A stretch of 47,327 bases of DNA, from contig JBEKGO010000018.1 of assembly GCA_050012755.1 (NCBI GenBank), forward strand, positions 1 through 47,327, in the 5' to 3' direction. Below the pieces are notes generated by a model. That model did not search any database. It worked only from the letters and a program-made list of their open reading frames with translations, and had not been told where the DNA came from. Position numbers and translations under genes: made by a program. Below are positions 27,591 to 36,037 of the stretch, piece by piece. This DNA comes from Candidatus Bathyarchaeia archaeon. Lineage in GTDB: Archaea > Thermoproteota > Bathyarchaeia > Bathyarchaeales > Bathycorpusculaceae. Each line of letters starts with the position of its first letter. Position 1 is the stretch's first letter.

Positions 27591-28574
27591 TTAACGGAAT
27601 GCACTATTGGATAAACCACCGACCTTCAAAACGATCGGGGTTTCCTGCATGACTTTTTCAGAAGAGTCCCATATTTCTTCGACTATTTTCTGAAGTTCCT
27701 GCAACACTGAAGCCAACTTTCCACCTTTACATGTTAAACCATAAACTTTCGGTGTTCTTCTTGTAAAGATCAGTTTTTTGCCTTTCAAGCCTCTCAGAGT
27801 TTTGTAGGTTCTTCTCATAGAAAATCCTGTTTTCTTTGCGAGCATTCCAGCGGAGATTCCGTCTAATTCGATAGCATCGTAAATCTTCCGTTCCGCAGTT
27901 TTGAAAGTCTCCTTGTTCGGATCGCGTTGTGATTTAAAGAAAAATATATAATCTCTCTTGGCTCTGGTTTTTATCAAACCAGTTGAGCGTAAACGTTTGA
28001 GTGTTCGTGAAATGGTTTTTGGCAGAATAAGAGTTTTTATGTCTTCAAACGTTTTAGGTCCTGAAATTAATGATTGGAGAAGAGTTTCTTCGTAGCCTTC
28101 TGAGCGAGCAGGTAATGATTCAGCAAATTCTGGTAAGTCTACGAGCATTTCAGCTATGCGACTGCCGAAAGTGGTTGCGTAATACTCGTTTCGTTCTTCA
28201 GCCGCTAAGCCTATTGACATCAATGGATTCAAGTATTCTTCGCGGATATTGTGTTGGCTGATTCTGTGCCCTGTTTTATTTAGTTCCTGCTGAAGCTTGT
28301 TTACTCTGTATCTGCCTTTTGCTATTGTTTGAAGAATAAGAAACCTTGCTTCGTTTTTTAGGACATTAAAGAGTTCGTTCAGGTAGTCAGGGTGATTCAT
28401 TGATGCGTGTAGAGTTCTGAGCTCATTCTTTAGTCTATATACTTTGCATCGTGTTATGCAGTGTATTGGGGTTATTGGAGTGCAGTTTCTACACTGTGCT
28501 TCAAGGGATTTTGAGGTTTCAGACAGATCTGGGATGTTTTCAGTTTTCCGTGTTATTGCTAAGACATTGCTCAT
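27591..28574 (-). CDS. Multi-winged-helix putative regulator with N-terminal Cys cluster (start reassigned to ATG 28574)
   Basis: CRNCTPITPIHCITRC followed by repeated wHTH-like segments (YYATTFG, ISRTLKRLRSTGLI, YGLTCKG); SD GAGG before MSNVL. Confidence 0.65.
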   Translation of the reverse strand: MSNVLAITRKTENIPDLSETSKSLEAQCRNCTPITPIHCITRCKVYRLKNELRTLHASMNHPDYLNELFNVLKNEARFLILQTIAKGRYRVNKLQQELNKTGHRISQHNIREEYLNPLMSIGLAAEERNEYYATTFGSRIAEMLVDLPEFAESLPARSEGYEETLLQSLISGPKTFEDIKTLILPKTISRTLKRLRSTGLIKTRAKRDYIFFFKSQRDPNKETFKTAERKIYDAIELDGISAGMLAKKTGFSMRRTYKTLRGLKGKKLIFTRRTPKVYGLTCKGGKLASVLQELQKIVEEIWDSSEKVMQETPIVLKVGGLSNSAFR

Positions 28575-28599
28575 AGTTTGTTCCTCTAACAAGTATATT

Positions 28600-28850
28600 C
28601 CGTGTGCGAGAAGGGAGGGAGGAGAGGTTGGGCGCAAACGTCTTGCTGCAATTGATAGCCAGTCGACAGATACTCAGCGTTTAAGCAATGATTTGTTTTC
28701 CAGAGGGCAACCGCAATAAACGCAGTTGAGGGAGTTTCAACTACGATTTGTCCTGGTAGGGCGAGCTTTGGGACAAGAGCAAACATAGTTGGGAGATTTG
28801 TTAAAACCAAACTGAGATTAACCAATTTGCCCATCCACTTTTCCTCCGAG
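28600..28850 (-). promoter_or_regulatory. Candidate structured leader or ncRNA with C-rich hairpin loops
   Basis: Stems at 28721-28729/28737-28745, 28748-28753/28771-28776 and 28605-28608/28633-28636, with CUCCC/GCCCU-rich loops on the minus strand. Confidence 0.35.
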
Positions 28851-29110
28851 AACTTCTGAGTAATATTTTAATGTAAAAGCGTTTTCGTCAAGGATTCTTG
28901 ACCACTGTTTAGTCAAACTTTCTTGACTAACATTTGCTGTCTTTTTTATGTTTTGATTTAAGAAAATAGTGCTTCACAGAAATTTGAGAGACAAGATCAG
29001 GAAAAGGAATTAACATTTAAGCCGCACAAGAGTGTTCAGACGAGAATTAAAATCAATTCCTACCCTTAGCAAACAAAACTCAAGTTTTTTTGCTCCTTAT
29101 TTCGATAGTT

Positions 29111-30235
29111 TCAATCAGCACCAGCTGAAGAATTAATTATTGTCTTAATCTCTGCATTCAAAGCGTCGGGTAAACCTAGAATGCTTACATCCATGAAACC
29201 GCGTATTATGAGCGAAACGGCTTGCTCGCGCGAAATCTTTCGGGTCATCAGGTAAGTGATTTCTTTTTCGCTTATTTTTCCAACTGCTGCCTCATGTGTT
29301 ATTTCGACGCCTTTTTTCTCGGCAATAAGTTCTGGAATAGATTGCATAAATGACTCGTTATCCATAATTAATCCTCTGCATTCCAAGTGTCCCTTGCAGT
29401 CGGTGTTATCACCCTCTATCATACCGCGGATAATCATTTTTGAACCTTCACGGGTGATGGCTCGGCTAATCATCTCTGCTTTGCTTCCTTTCCCTGTCAG
29501 AACTGCTTTGGAACCGATATCTAACTGACTATTTTTGTTCCCATAAAGTATACTGTTGAAACTAACGCGGGAATTTGTACCGTTGCAATAAGCCGCTGGG
29601 TACATTTGAACGTCGCGAACGGGGCGCATACAAACATAATTCGAAATAAACGTCGCGTTATCTTCTACTTGAGCACCACTTCGCGGACGAACCAGCGTGT
29701 TCTCACTCCATTGATGAATCATCGTAAAGTTTAACAGGGCTCCTTTCTTTACGTAAATTTCAGAGATACCTATGTGGGAAGCTTTAGGAACACTCGAATG
29801 TTGCACGCAACTGGTGATTATATGGGCTTTCGAGTCTTCTTCGGCAATTATGATGTTGTGTACTTTCTGTTCCAGATTCCTCTGAGTAATCAAAAGGCAT
29901 GATTGTAGAGGAAACGATATTTCTGCCCCTCGAAGAATACGCATAAAATAACCGCCACTATAGTCCTCCGCTACCTTCTTTGTATATTCGTCTTTGTCTT
30001 TGTTCACCAGTTTCCAGCGGTATTCTTCAAGCCACGGATACTTTTTTAATGCAGCTTTAATATCCATAAGTTCCAGTTTTCCCTCATAGAGCTCATTGAC
30101 TTTAGCCGCGATTGTTTCCTGATTTAGATGAACGAACGTGGCTGAACGGTTTTTTCCTTGAGTTTCAAGACCAGCTTTTTGTGCTTCCTCAAGGATTTGG
30201 TGTGGTATATTTGTTAAATCATTTTCTTTGTCCAT
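29111..30235 (-). CDS. sufB: SufB/SufD-family Fe-S scaffold (SmsB-type)
   Basis: PLQSC, GHLECRGL, PEL, THEAAVGKI and YLMTR motifs. Confidence 0.93.
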   Translation of the reverse strand: MDKENDLTNIPHQILEEAQKAGLETQGKNRSATFVHLNQETIAAKVNELYEGKLELMDIKAALKKYPWLEEYRWKLVNKDKDEYTKKVAEDYSGGYFMRILRGAEISFPLQSCLLITQRNLEQKVHNIIIAEEDSKAHIITSCVQHSSVPKASHIGISEIYVKKGALLNFTMIHQWSENTLVRPRSGAQVEDNATFISNYVCMRPVRDVQMYPAAYCNGTNSRVSFNSILYGNKNSQLDIGSKAVLTGKGSKAEMISRAITREGSKMIIRGMIEGDNTDCKGHLECRGLIMDNESFMQSIPELIAEKKGVEITHEAAVGKISEKEITYLMTRKISREQAVSLIIRGFMDVSILGLPDALNAEIKTIINSSAGAD

Positions 30236-30989
30236 TGTTTTTCCATCCTACACTTGCCCTTACCCTACATGATACGCATTCCTCATATCCCAAACGTTTG
30301 ATATCTTCATAAATCCGCATGGGATCCTTGTAACAGTGAAATTGACCGTTAAGCAATATACATCCATACGAAGCCTTAATGTACTCCAAAATGTCGCCCT
30401 TATGAGTGATAATCAACGCTGAACTGCCTGAACCCTCTATGTACCTTTGAATCTCTGTTGCAATCATACGCAAACTATCAACATCAACACCTGAGTCGGG
30501 CTCATCAAGCAGCAGCAGCTTGGGTTTTAGGAAAATTAATTGAAGAATTTCCGAACGCTTTCTTTCGCCACCGCTAAAACCCAAATTTACGTCACGATCA
30601 AGAAAACTAGTCAAATGGAAAGATTCAATCTGTCTTAGCTCTTCCTCACTAAATTGGTCGGACGTTGTTTTGCCTAAACAAAGCTTAAGGAGGTCGCCCA
30701 GTTTCACTCCGGTTATCTCTGGGGGGTTTTGGAAGCTTACAATCATACCCATTTTAGCCCGTTCGTCAACGGTTTTGTCCGTGATGTCGATGCCGTGCAA
30801 AAAGATTTTGCCTGATACTACCTCGTAGCCTGGTAGGCCCATAAGTGTACTGATAAGCGTGGTTTTTCCTGAGCCGTTTGGTCCAAAAAGAATATGACTA
30901 GCACCTTCTTTGAGGTCGAAGCTCAAGTTTTCAAGTATAAGTTTACCTTCGACCTTTACTGATAAACCTTTGACTTCAAGCACAGCCAA
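30219..30989 (-). CDS. sufC: SufC-family ABC ATPase (SmsC-type)
   Basis: GPNGSGKT, RDVNLGFSGGERKR and LDEPDSGVD; C-terminal CxxC. Confidence 0.95.
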   Translation of the reverse strand: MAVLEVKGLSVKVEGKLILENLSFDLKEGASHILFGPNGSGKTTLISTLMGLPGYEVVSGKIFLHGIDITDKTVDERAKMGMIVSFQNPPEITGVKLGDLLKLCLGKTTSDQFSEEELRQIESFHLTSFLDRDVNLGFSGGERKRSEILQLIFLKPKLLLLDEPDSGVDVDSLRMIATEIQRYIEGSGSSALIITHKGDILEYIKASYGCILLNGQFHCYKDPMRIYEDIKRLGYEECVSCRVRASVGWKNNGQRK

Positions 30990-31085
30990 AAATGGTCAAC
31001 ACAAATTATTTTCAAGCAAAACTAGCCTTATTTAGATTTGCTTCAAATTTCAAACGCAGAAAAATTAGAAATAAGTTCGATGGTA

Positions 31086-31223
31086 TTAGCGTTTGATTGT
31101 GAGCATGTGCCCTTTATGGCTAACCATTCTGTGGATTCTTAATTCTTCAGGATTTTTAAAATGAGCTGAACATATTCTGCACTTATAACTTTCGCTAAAC
31201 ACGTTTTTGTAACTGTTATACAT
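31086..31223 (-). CDS. C2H2 zinc-finger microprotein (45 aa; not in ORF track)
   Basis: MYNSYKNVFSESYKCRICSAHFKNPEELRIHRMVSHKGHMLTIKR* matches Y-x-C-x2-C-x3-F-x5-L-x2-H-x4-H; SD GGGAG. Confidence 0.8.
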   Translation of the reverse strand: MYNSYKNVFSESYKCRICSAHFKNPEELRIHRMVSHKGHMLTIKR

Positions 31224-31354
31224 AAATTTCTCCCTTCTTGCCTGCTGTAAAAAATTATCCTTTACAACTTATATTATTAGATATAGAGATGAATATAAAT
31301 CAAACAATCCTTTTTCAAAAAACCTATGCAGTAAACCCTATTATTGAAACAGCA

Positions 31355-31597
31355 CTAAACCGTTCCGTTTGGGTGCTTCCCCATCCAATCGATGGCGAAG
31401 GCTTCAGTTTTAGACTCTGTGCGAAAATCAGGTGAGATCTTTTTACCCTCTTTTTTATCAGTCTGCTCTCCAACAAACAGGAGCACATGGTAGTTTTGGC
31501 TGAATTCTTTTTTTGAAACAATCAAGGTTTGGCCAGTTGTTTCGTTAACAAAGCCGCCTTCATTACTTATCTTTTTCCAGCCTTTAATTAACTTCAT
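31355..31597 (-). CDS. Small hypothetical protein
   Basis: 80 aa, ATG start, co-oriented in the cluster. Confidence 0.65.
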   Translation of the reverse strand: MKLIKGWKKISNEGGFVNETTGQTLIVSKKEFSQNYHVLLFVGEQTDKKEGKKISPDFRTESKTEAFAIDWMGKHPNGTV

Positions 31598-31645
31598 TTG
31601 TTCTCACTTTAGCAGTTTAGGCTTATAATTTAAAGAATAACATAG

Positions 31646-31837
31646 TTATCTTCTTCGTGCCCACGCTTGTTTGGGTTCAAAATTGTGGCTTGCATCTGTC
31701 CTTGTTGTTTGAGTGGTTAAGCGTTTGGCAAAGCATGCTTTGCAGTAAACTGGCTTGCCTGGAGTAGGTTTGAAAGGTACAACCGCTACTTCATTACAAA
31801 CTGAACATTTTGCTTCGTAAAGAGTTCTTTGAGACAT
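31646..31837 (-). CDS. CxxC-x17-CxxC domain microprotein
   Basis: AKCSVC....VPFKPTPGKPVYCKACF; SD GAGGTGA. Confidence 0.9.
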   Translation of the reverse strand: MSQRTLYEAKCSVCNEVAVVPFKPTPGKPVYCKACFAKRLTTQTTRTDASHNFEPKQAWARRR

Positions 31838-32392
31838 TTTTTCACCTCTATTGACCTATTTTTTTCGGAAAAGAAAAACTAAGGAGTTTTCTCGCCCTTT
31901 TTCTTATTATCCGAAAAGGTTTTTTGTCTAACCTTTTTTCTATAAGTGCAATTTAATCGCACAGACGATTTGCATCTGCGACAGTTTTTTACTAATCCGG
32001 CTCTTAATATACACAAAGTTATTTACCTCTCTCTTGTTTTTTTGAAAAGAATCCGTTATACAGATAGGATGTCCCAGAGGATAAAAGAGACTCTTCAACA
32101 ACTACTCGATGGAGCTTGCGCGCTTATAAACACATAGATAAGAAAAAGACTTTTTTGCCAAAACAAAAGAAAGTTCTTAAGATTTTAGAATTAGCGCTTC
32201 AAAAAAAGCCGTAATAAGAAAAAGCAAGGAAAAAAGGGTTTTTTTTGATTAGCATATTAATATAGTTGGCACAACCATATGTTTCAATTGTTAGAATTCT
32301 TAGAGGAAGAGTAAGGACGACCAAGTGCTTTCAACTTTTTCTCAGACTATTCTGATTATTTACCTAAAAATGGAGAAAAGAGGTTTGAAAAA

Positions 32393-32563
32393 ATGATTCT
32401 AAAATGCTTTGAATGCGGAAATACATTCAAAAAGGACGACCTTAAAAATGGCGATATAGTGGCTTGTCCAATTTGTGAAGCCGACTATACAGTCGTAAAT
32501 AAAGAAGGGAAAATCCATTTGGAAGATTACGTTTATGAAGCCAAAGACCTGGGCGAACTTTAA
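32393..32563 (+). CDS. LysW/ArgW-like zinc-ribbon microprotein (56 aa; not in ORF track)
   Basis: MILKCFECG...GDIVACPICEADYTV...YEAKDLGEL*; SD GAGGT. Confidence 0.7.
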   Translation: MILKCFECGNTFKKDDLKNGDIVACPICEADYTVVNKEGKIHLEDYVYEAKDLGEL

Positions 32564-32659
32564 AGATTAGTCCTCATGTTTGAAGCTTCACAAATTAATT
32601 TTAGATTTTTTAAATTAGAAACATATCGCTGAAAAAGCATTTGTTTTTCAAAACAAAAA

Positions 32660-32929
32660 TTAGCTTTTTAATTCAACTATTGATCCTATCGCTTGGCCTG
32701 GAACACCATGCGGAAATCTGACTCGAACTATACCGTTTTTTCCGTGAGCTCCCCTAATTTTTCCAAGAAACTTGCTGTTGCCGTTTTTCCAAGCTACCGT
32801 TTGCCCGATGAGTTTGCATGCCAAAGATGCTGAGGTGACTGTTTCAAATTCGATTAAGCATTCTCTTGATGTCTGCGATTTCGGACCTGTTCTGTAATTA
32901 GTTATTCTTCCGTGAAGTGTTTGTGTCAA
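32660..32929 (-). CDS. rpl35ae: 50S ribosomal protein L35Ae
   Basis: NYRTG...Q, GKI.GAHGKNG.VRVRF..GVPGQAIG. Confidence 0.92.
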   Translation of the reverse strand: MTQTLHGRITNYRTGPKSQTSRECLIEFETVTSASLACKLIGQTVAWKNGNSKFLGKIRGAHGKNGIVRVRFPHGVPGQAIGSIVELKS

Positions 32930-33098
32930 AAATATTCACCAATCAGGTTACTGTGTTATGGTGGACCAGCTAATAAAGATGTTCTGCTTGGGTTCAATTC
33001 TACAAAAGAGTGATGTAAAATGAGATTAAACGGCAATCACTTTTTCTTATAAATTAAAATGTCAAAAAAGAAGTCGGTGAAAGAGACAAAGAGCTCGT

Positions 33099-34253
33099 TT
33101 AATAGAAGCTCTTAATTGGCGAATCGTCGTTCTCGACGGCGCCTGATTTGATCTCTTCTATTTTGGTTTTGGTTAAGGCTTTGATGTTGTTGAAGTCTGA
33201 CATTTCGCCGTAGCTTACTAAGGTTATTGCTGTTCCATCTTCGCCTTTGCGAGCGGTTCTGCCTATGCGATGAAAATATATTGGTGCATCCATTGGTACG
33301 TCATAGTTTATTATGTGTGTTATTCCTTCGATGTCTAATCCTCTTGCAGCAACGTCTGTTGCTATTAGAAGGTTAAGTCTATCACAGCGGAAGTCGTTGA
33401 TTGCGCGGTCTCTTTGTGCTTGTGTATAGCCTGCGTGCAGTGCTTGTACCCGGTACCCTTTTCTGTATAGTTGATCTGAGAGCCTGCTTGTTTCTCTGCG
33501 TGTTCTGCAGAAGACTATGGCTTTGTTGACTCCTTCGCTGTGGATTATATCGCATAAAGTGTCAAATTTGCCATGTTGATTTACGATTGTATAGTATTGT
33601 TTCATTTGTGTTAATGCGATTTCGTCTTTGCTGACCAAAATCTTCTGCGGGTTTTTCATATATTTGTTACAGATGCGCATCACTGACTGATCGATTGTCG
33701 CGGAAAAAAGACTTGTTTGTCTTTCGTAAGGTGTTTTTGAGAGGATAAATTCGATGTCTTGTATAAATCCCATGTCTAACATTCGGTCGGCTTCATCGAG
33801 AACCACCATTTTAACGGTTCCAAGGTTTAATACTCGCCTTTCCATAAGGTCGATTAATCTGCCAGGTGTACCGACAACAATTTGGACACCGTTTGATAGA
33901 GCATGTATTTGTTTGTTGATTGATTCTCCACCGTAAACAGCCAAAACTTTGGCTCGTGCATATTTCGCAAAAGAAGACATGTGTTCGGCTACTTGGACGG
34001 CTAACTCGCGGGTTGGCACTAAAATTAAGCCTTGAACACCACGAATTTCACGGTTTAACCGTTGAACCATTGGAATGCCAAAAGCAGCTGTTTTTCCAGT
34101 TCCAGTTTGAGCCTGCCCAATGACGTCCTTGCCTTCGAGCAAGGGCATTATTGCTTGGGCTTGAATTGGAAAAAGACTTTCAAACCCGAGTTCTTTTATA
34201 CTTCTTAGGATTTCCCCAGTTAATGGTAAATCCTGAAATGTTTGAATTTGCAT
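33099..34253 (-). CDS. DEAD-box RNA helicase
   Basis: Q motif, AQTGTGKT, PTRELA, DEAD, SAT, ARGLD and HRIGRTAR. Confidence 0.97.
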   Translation of the reverse strand: MQIQTFQDLPLTGEILRSIKELGFESLFPIQAQAIMPLLEGKDVIGQAQTGTGKTAAFGIPMVQRLNREIRGVQGLILVPTRELAVQVAEHMSSFAKYARAKVLAVYGGESINKQIHALSNGVQIVVGTPGRLIDLMERRVLNLGTVKMVVLDEADRMLDMGFIQDIEFILSKTPYERQTSLFSATIDQSVMRICNKYMKNPQKILVSKDEIALTQMKQYYTIVNQHGKFDTLCDIIHSEGVNKAIVFCRTRRETSRLSDQLYRKGYRVQALHAGYTQAQRDRAINDFRCDRLNLLIATDVAARGLDIEGITHIINYDVPMDAPIYFHRIGRTARKGEDGTAITLVSYGEMSDFNNIKALTKTKIEEIKSGAVENDDSPIKSFY

Positions 34254-34598
34254 ATACTATTTTTTCTCCTGCCACAGAACTTGTTCATGATGTCTCTAAA
34301 AGCTTCAGGAGCTTTGGGGTGATACATGAGTTAATGTGACAACTCCAAAAGTGGGTCGAGGCGTATAAAAAGCTTTAGCATGATTTCACGCAATTACATA
34401 CATCTAAAAGATACGTTTTCGCCAAAGACAGTACTCTTCTCCTCAAAAAGCCCTTTTTTAAATAATATTTCTATTTTTCTTAAGAAAATGCTTGGTTGTG
34501 GTTGTGGAGGCTCAGTTACATAATCATAAAAGTAATTGCAGTGTAATTTGTTTTAAGAGAAAGAAAATGCTTGAACATTTAAATTTCGAGGAATAAAA

Positions 34599-34873
34599 AT
34601 GAGTAAAACAAAATCGAGAAAAAACCAGCTCCATACTTTTACGAAGGGCCGCCATTAAGTAAAGAAGAAAAGGAAGAGGAAACAGACGACGTCTACGATA
34701 CTGAGGAGAGGGAGACAATGTTGGATGATGATGAAATGACTGCGGCTGAAGAAGGATTCATGAAGGGCAGAGAGCAGGAACCGCCAAGCAAAAAAGAAAC
34801 AGGGAAAAAAGCTGTCAGCCATGATGATGCAATTTCAGTTGAATTAGCTAAAGAGGACAGCGAAGACGACTAA
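34599..34873 (+). other. Acidic small protein gene split by a -1 frame change (or a 51-aa CDS from ATG 34718)
   Basis: ATG 34599 frame stops after 19 codons. The -1 frame is open from ~34607 to TAA 34873 (KIEKKPAPYFYEGPPLSKEEKEEETDDVYDTEERETMLDDDEMTAAEEGFMKG...). Confidence 0.6.
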
Positions 34874-35016
34874 GATCATTAAATAGAATCATCAGCAACG
34901 AATTTTTTTCCCTTCATAACTTTTATGTTGTAAATTCAAACGTTTTTTCAGTTTTCTTTACCATTAACCATAAAAGCCAGAAAGTAGAATGATTTCGTGA
35001 GGCTTAAAAACAAAGA

Positions 35017-35163
35017 ATGTCGTTTAGAGATCCAGTTTGCGGCATGGTACTTAACGAGGATACTGCAAAATTCAAAATCACCTATGAGGGTGAAACTATC
35101 CATTTCTGTAGTCTCGCGTGCAAGAAGAAATTCAAAAGACATGCAACTAAATTCATAAAATAA
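35017..35163 (+). CDS. YHS/TRASH domain microprotein (48 aa; not in ORF track)
   Basis: RDPVCGM...YEGETIHFCSLACKKKF. Confidence 0.88.
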   Translation: MSFRDPVCGMVLNEDTAKFKITYEGETIHFCSLACKKKFKRHATKFIK

Positions 35164-35208
35164 TTGTTTATTTTTGAAACAAAAAAGAAAAGAATTGGTT
35201 TTTTAATT

Positions 35209-35961
35209 TTATTTGAAAAGTTTCCAAACTACTGCAGCAATGATTCCACCAATTATTGGAGCCACCCAAAAAACCCAAAGCTGACTTAACGCTGTGCCAC
35301 CAACAAAGACTGCTGGTCCAAGGCTTCTTGCAGGGTTAACCGATGTTCCGTCTATAGGTATTGCAACAATGTGGATAAGTGCCAAGCTTAAACCGATCGA
35401 TATTCCTGCGAATCCTTTAGGTACCCTTTCATGAGTTGAGCCATGAACTACAAGCACGAATATGAAGGTAAAAACTATTTCAGCAATGAGTACAGCAGTC
35501 AAGGAGTAACCAGCTAGAGAAGCACTGCCGTAGCCATTTTGCCCTAGGCCATTAGTAGCTAATCTGTAAGCTGGGTTACCGAGCGCTATCGTATAAAGTA
35601 TGCCTGCTCCAATTATAGCGCCGATACATTGAAAAACAACGTAGAAAATTGTGTCTTTTATGCTTAGTTTTCCAGCAACCAACATCGATATTGAAATTGC
35701 CGGATTTATGTGGCAACCTGAAATACCGCCAAACGCGTAAACCATAGTTAACACAGAAAGACCGAAAGCAAGAGCTATCCCCAAGTAAGCATATTGCACT
35801 CCAAGGATTTGGCCAGCAATAACCGCGCTGCCGCAGCCCATCAGCACTAACACCATAGTTCCAATTAGTTCAGCGATGTACTTCTTTATGGGATTAATTT
35901 GAGGTGTTACCGGAGGTGGTTGTGGTATCTCGTTTATGCTTTTTTCCATTTCTTCGACCAT
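35209..35961 (-). CDS. MIP-family channel (aquaporin Z-like)
   Basis: SGCHINPA and SVNPARS NPA motifs. Confidence 0.95.
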   Translation of the reverse strand: MVEEMEKSINEIPQPPPVTPQINPIKKYIAELIGTMVLVLMGCGSAVIAGQILGVQYAYLGIALAFGLSVLTMVYAFGGISGCHINPAISISMLVAGKLSIKDTIFYVVFQCIGAIIGAGILYTIALGNPAYRLATNGLGQNGYGSASLAGYSLTAVLIAEIVFTFIFVLVVHGSTHERVPKGFAGISIGLSLALIHIVAIPIDGTSVNPARSLGPAVFVGGTALSQLWVFWVAPIIGGIIAAVVWKLFK

Positions 35962-36037
35962 TCTCTCTTTCCTCTTTAGTTTTGGCTTTCTGTTCTCTAA
36001 GTTAGCGCCTATAATTTTTTCCCCGAAGATGGCTAGC

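Noticed and set aside
34948-35142. 64-aa minus-strand ORF
   Set aside because: Antisense to a clear YHS-domain gene at 35017-35163.
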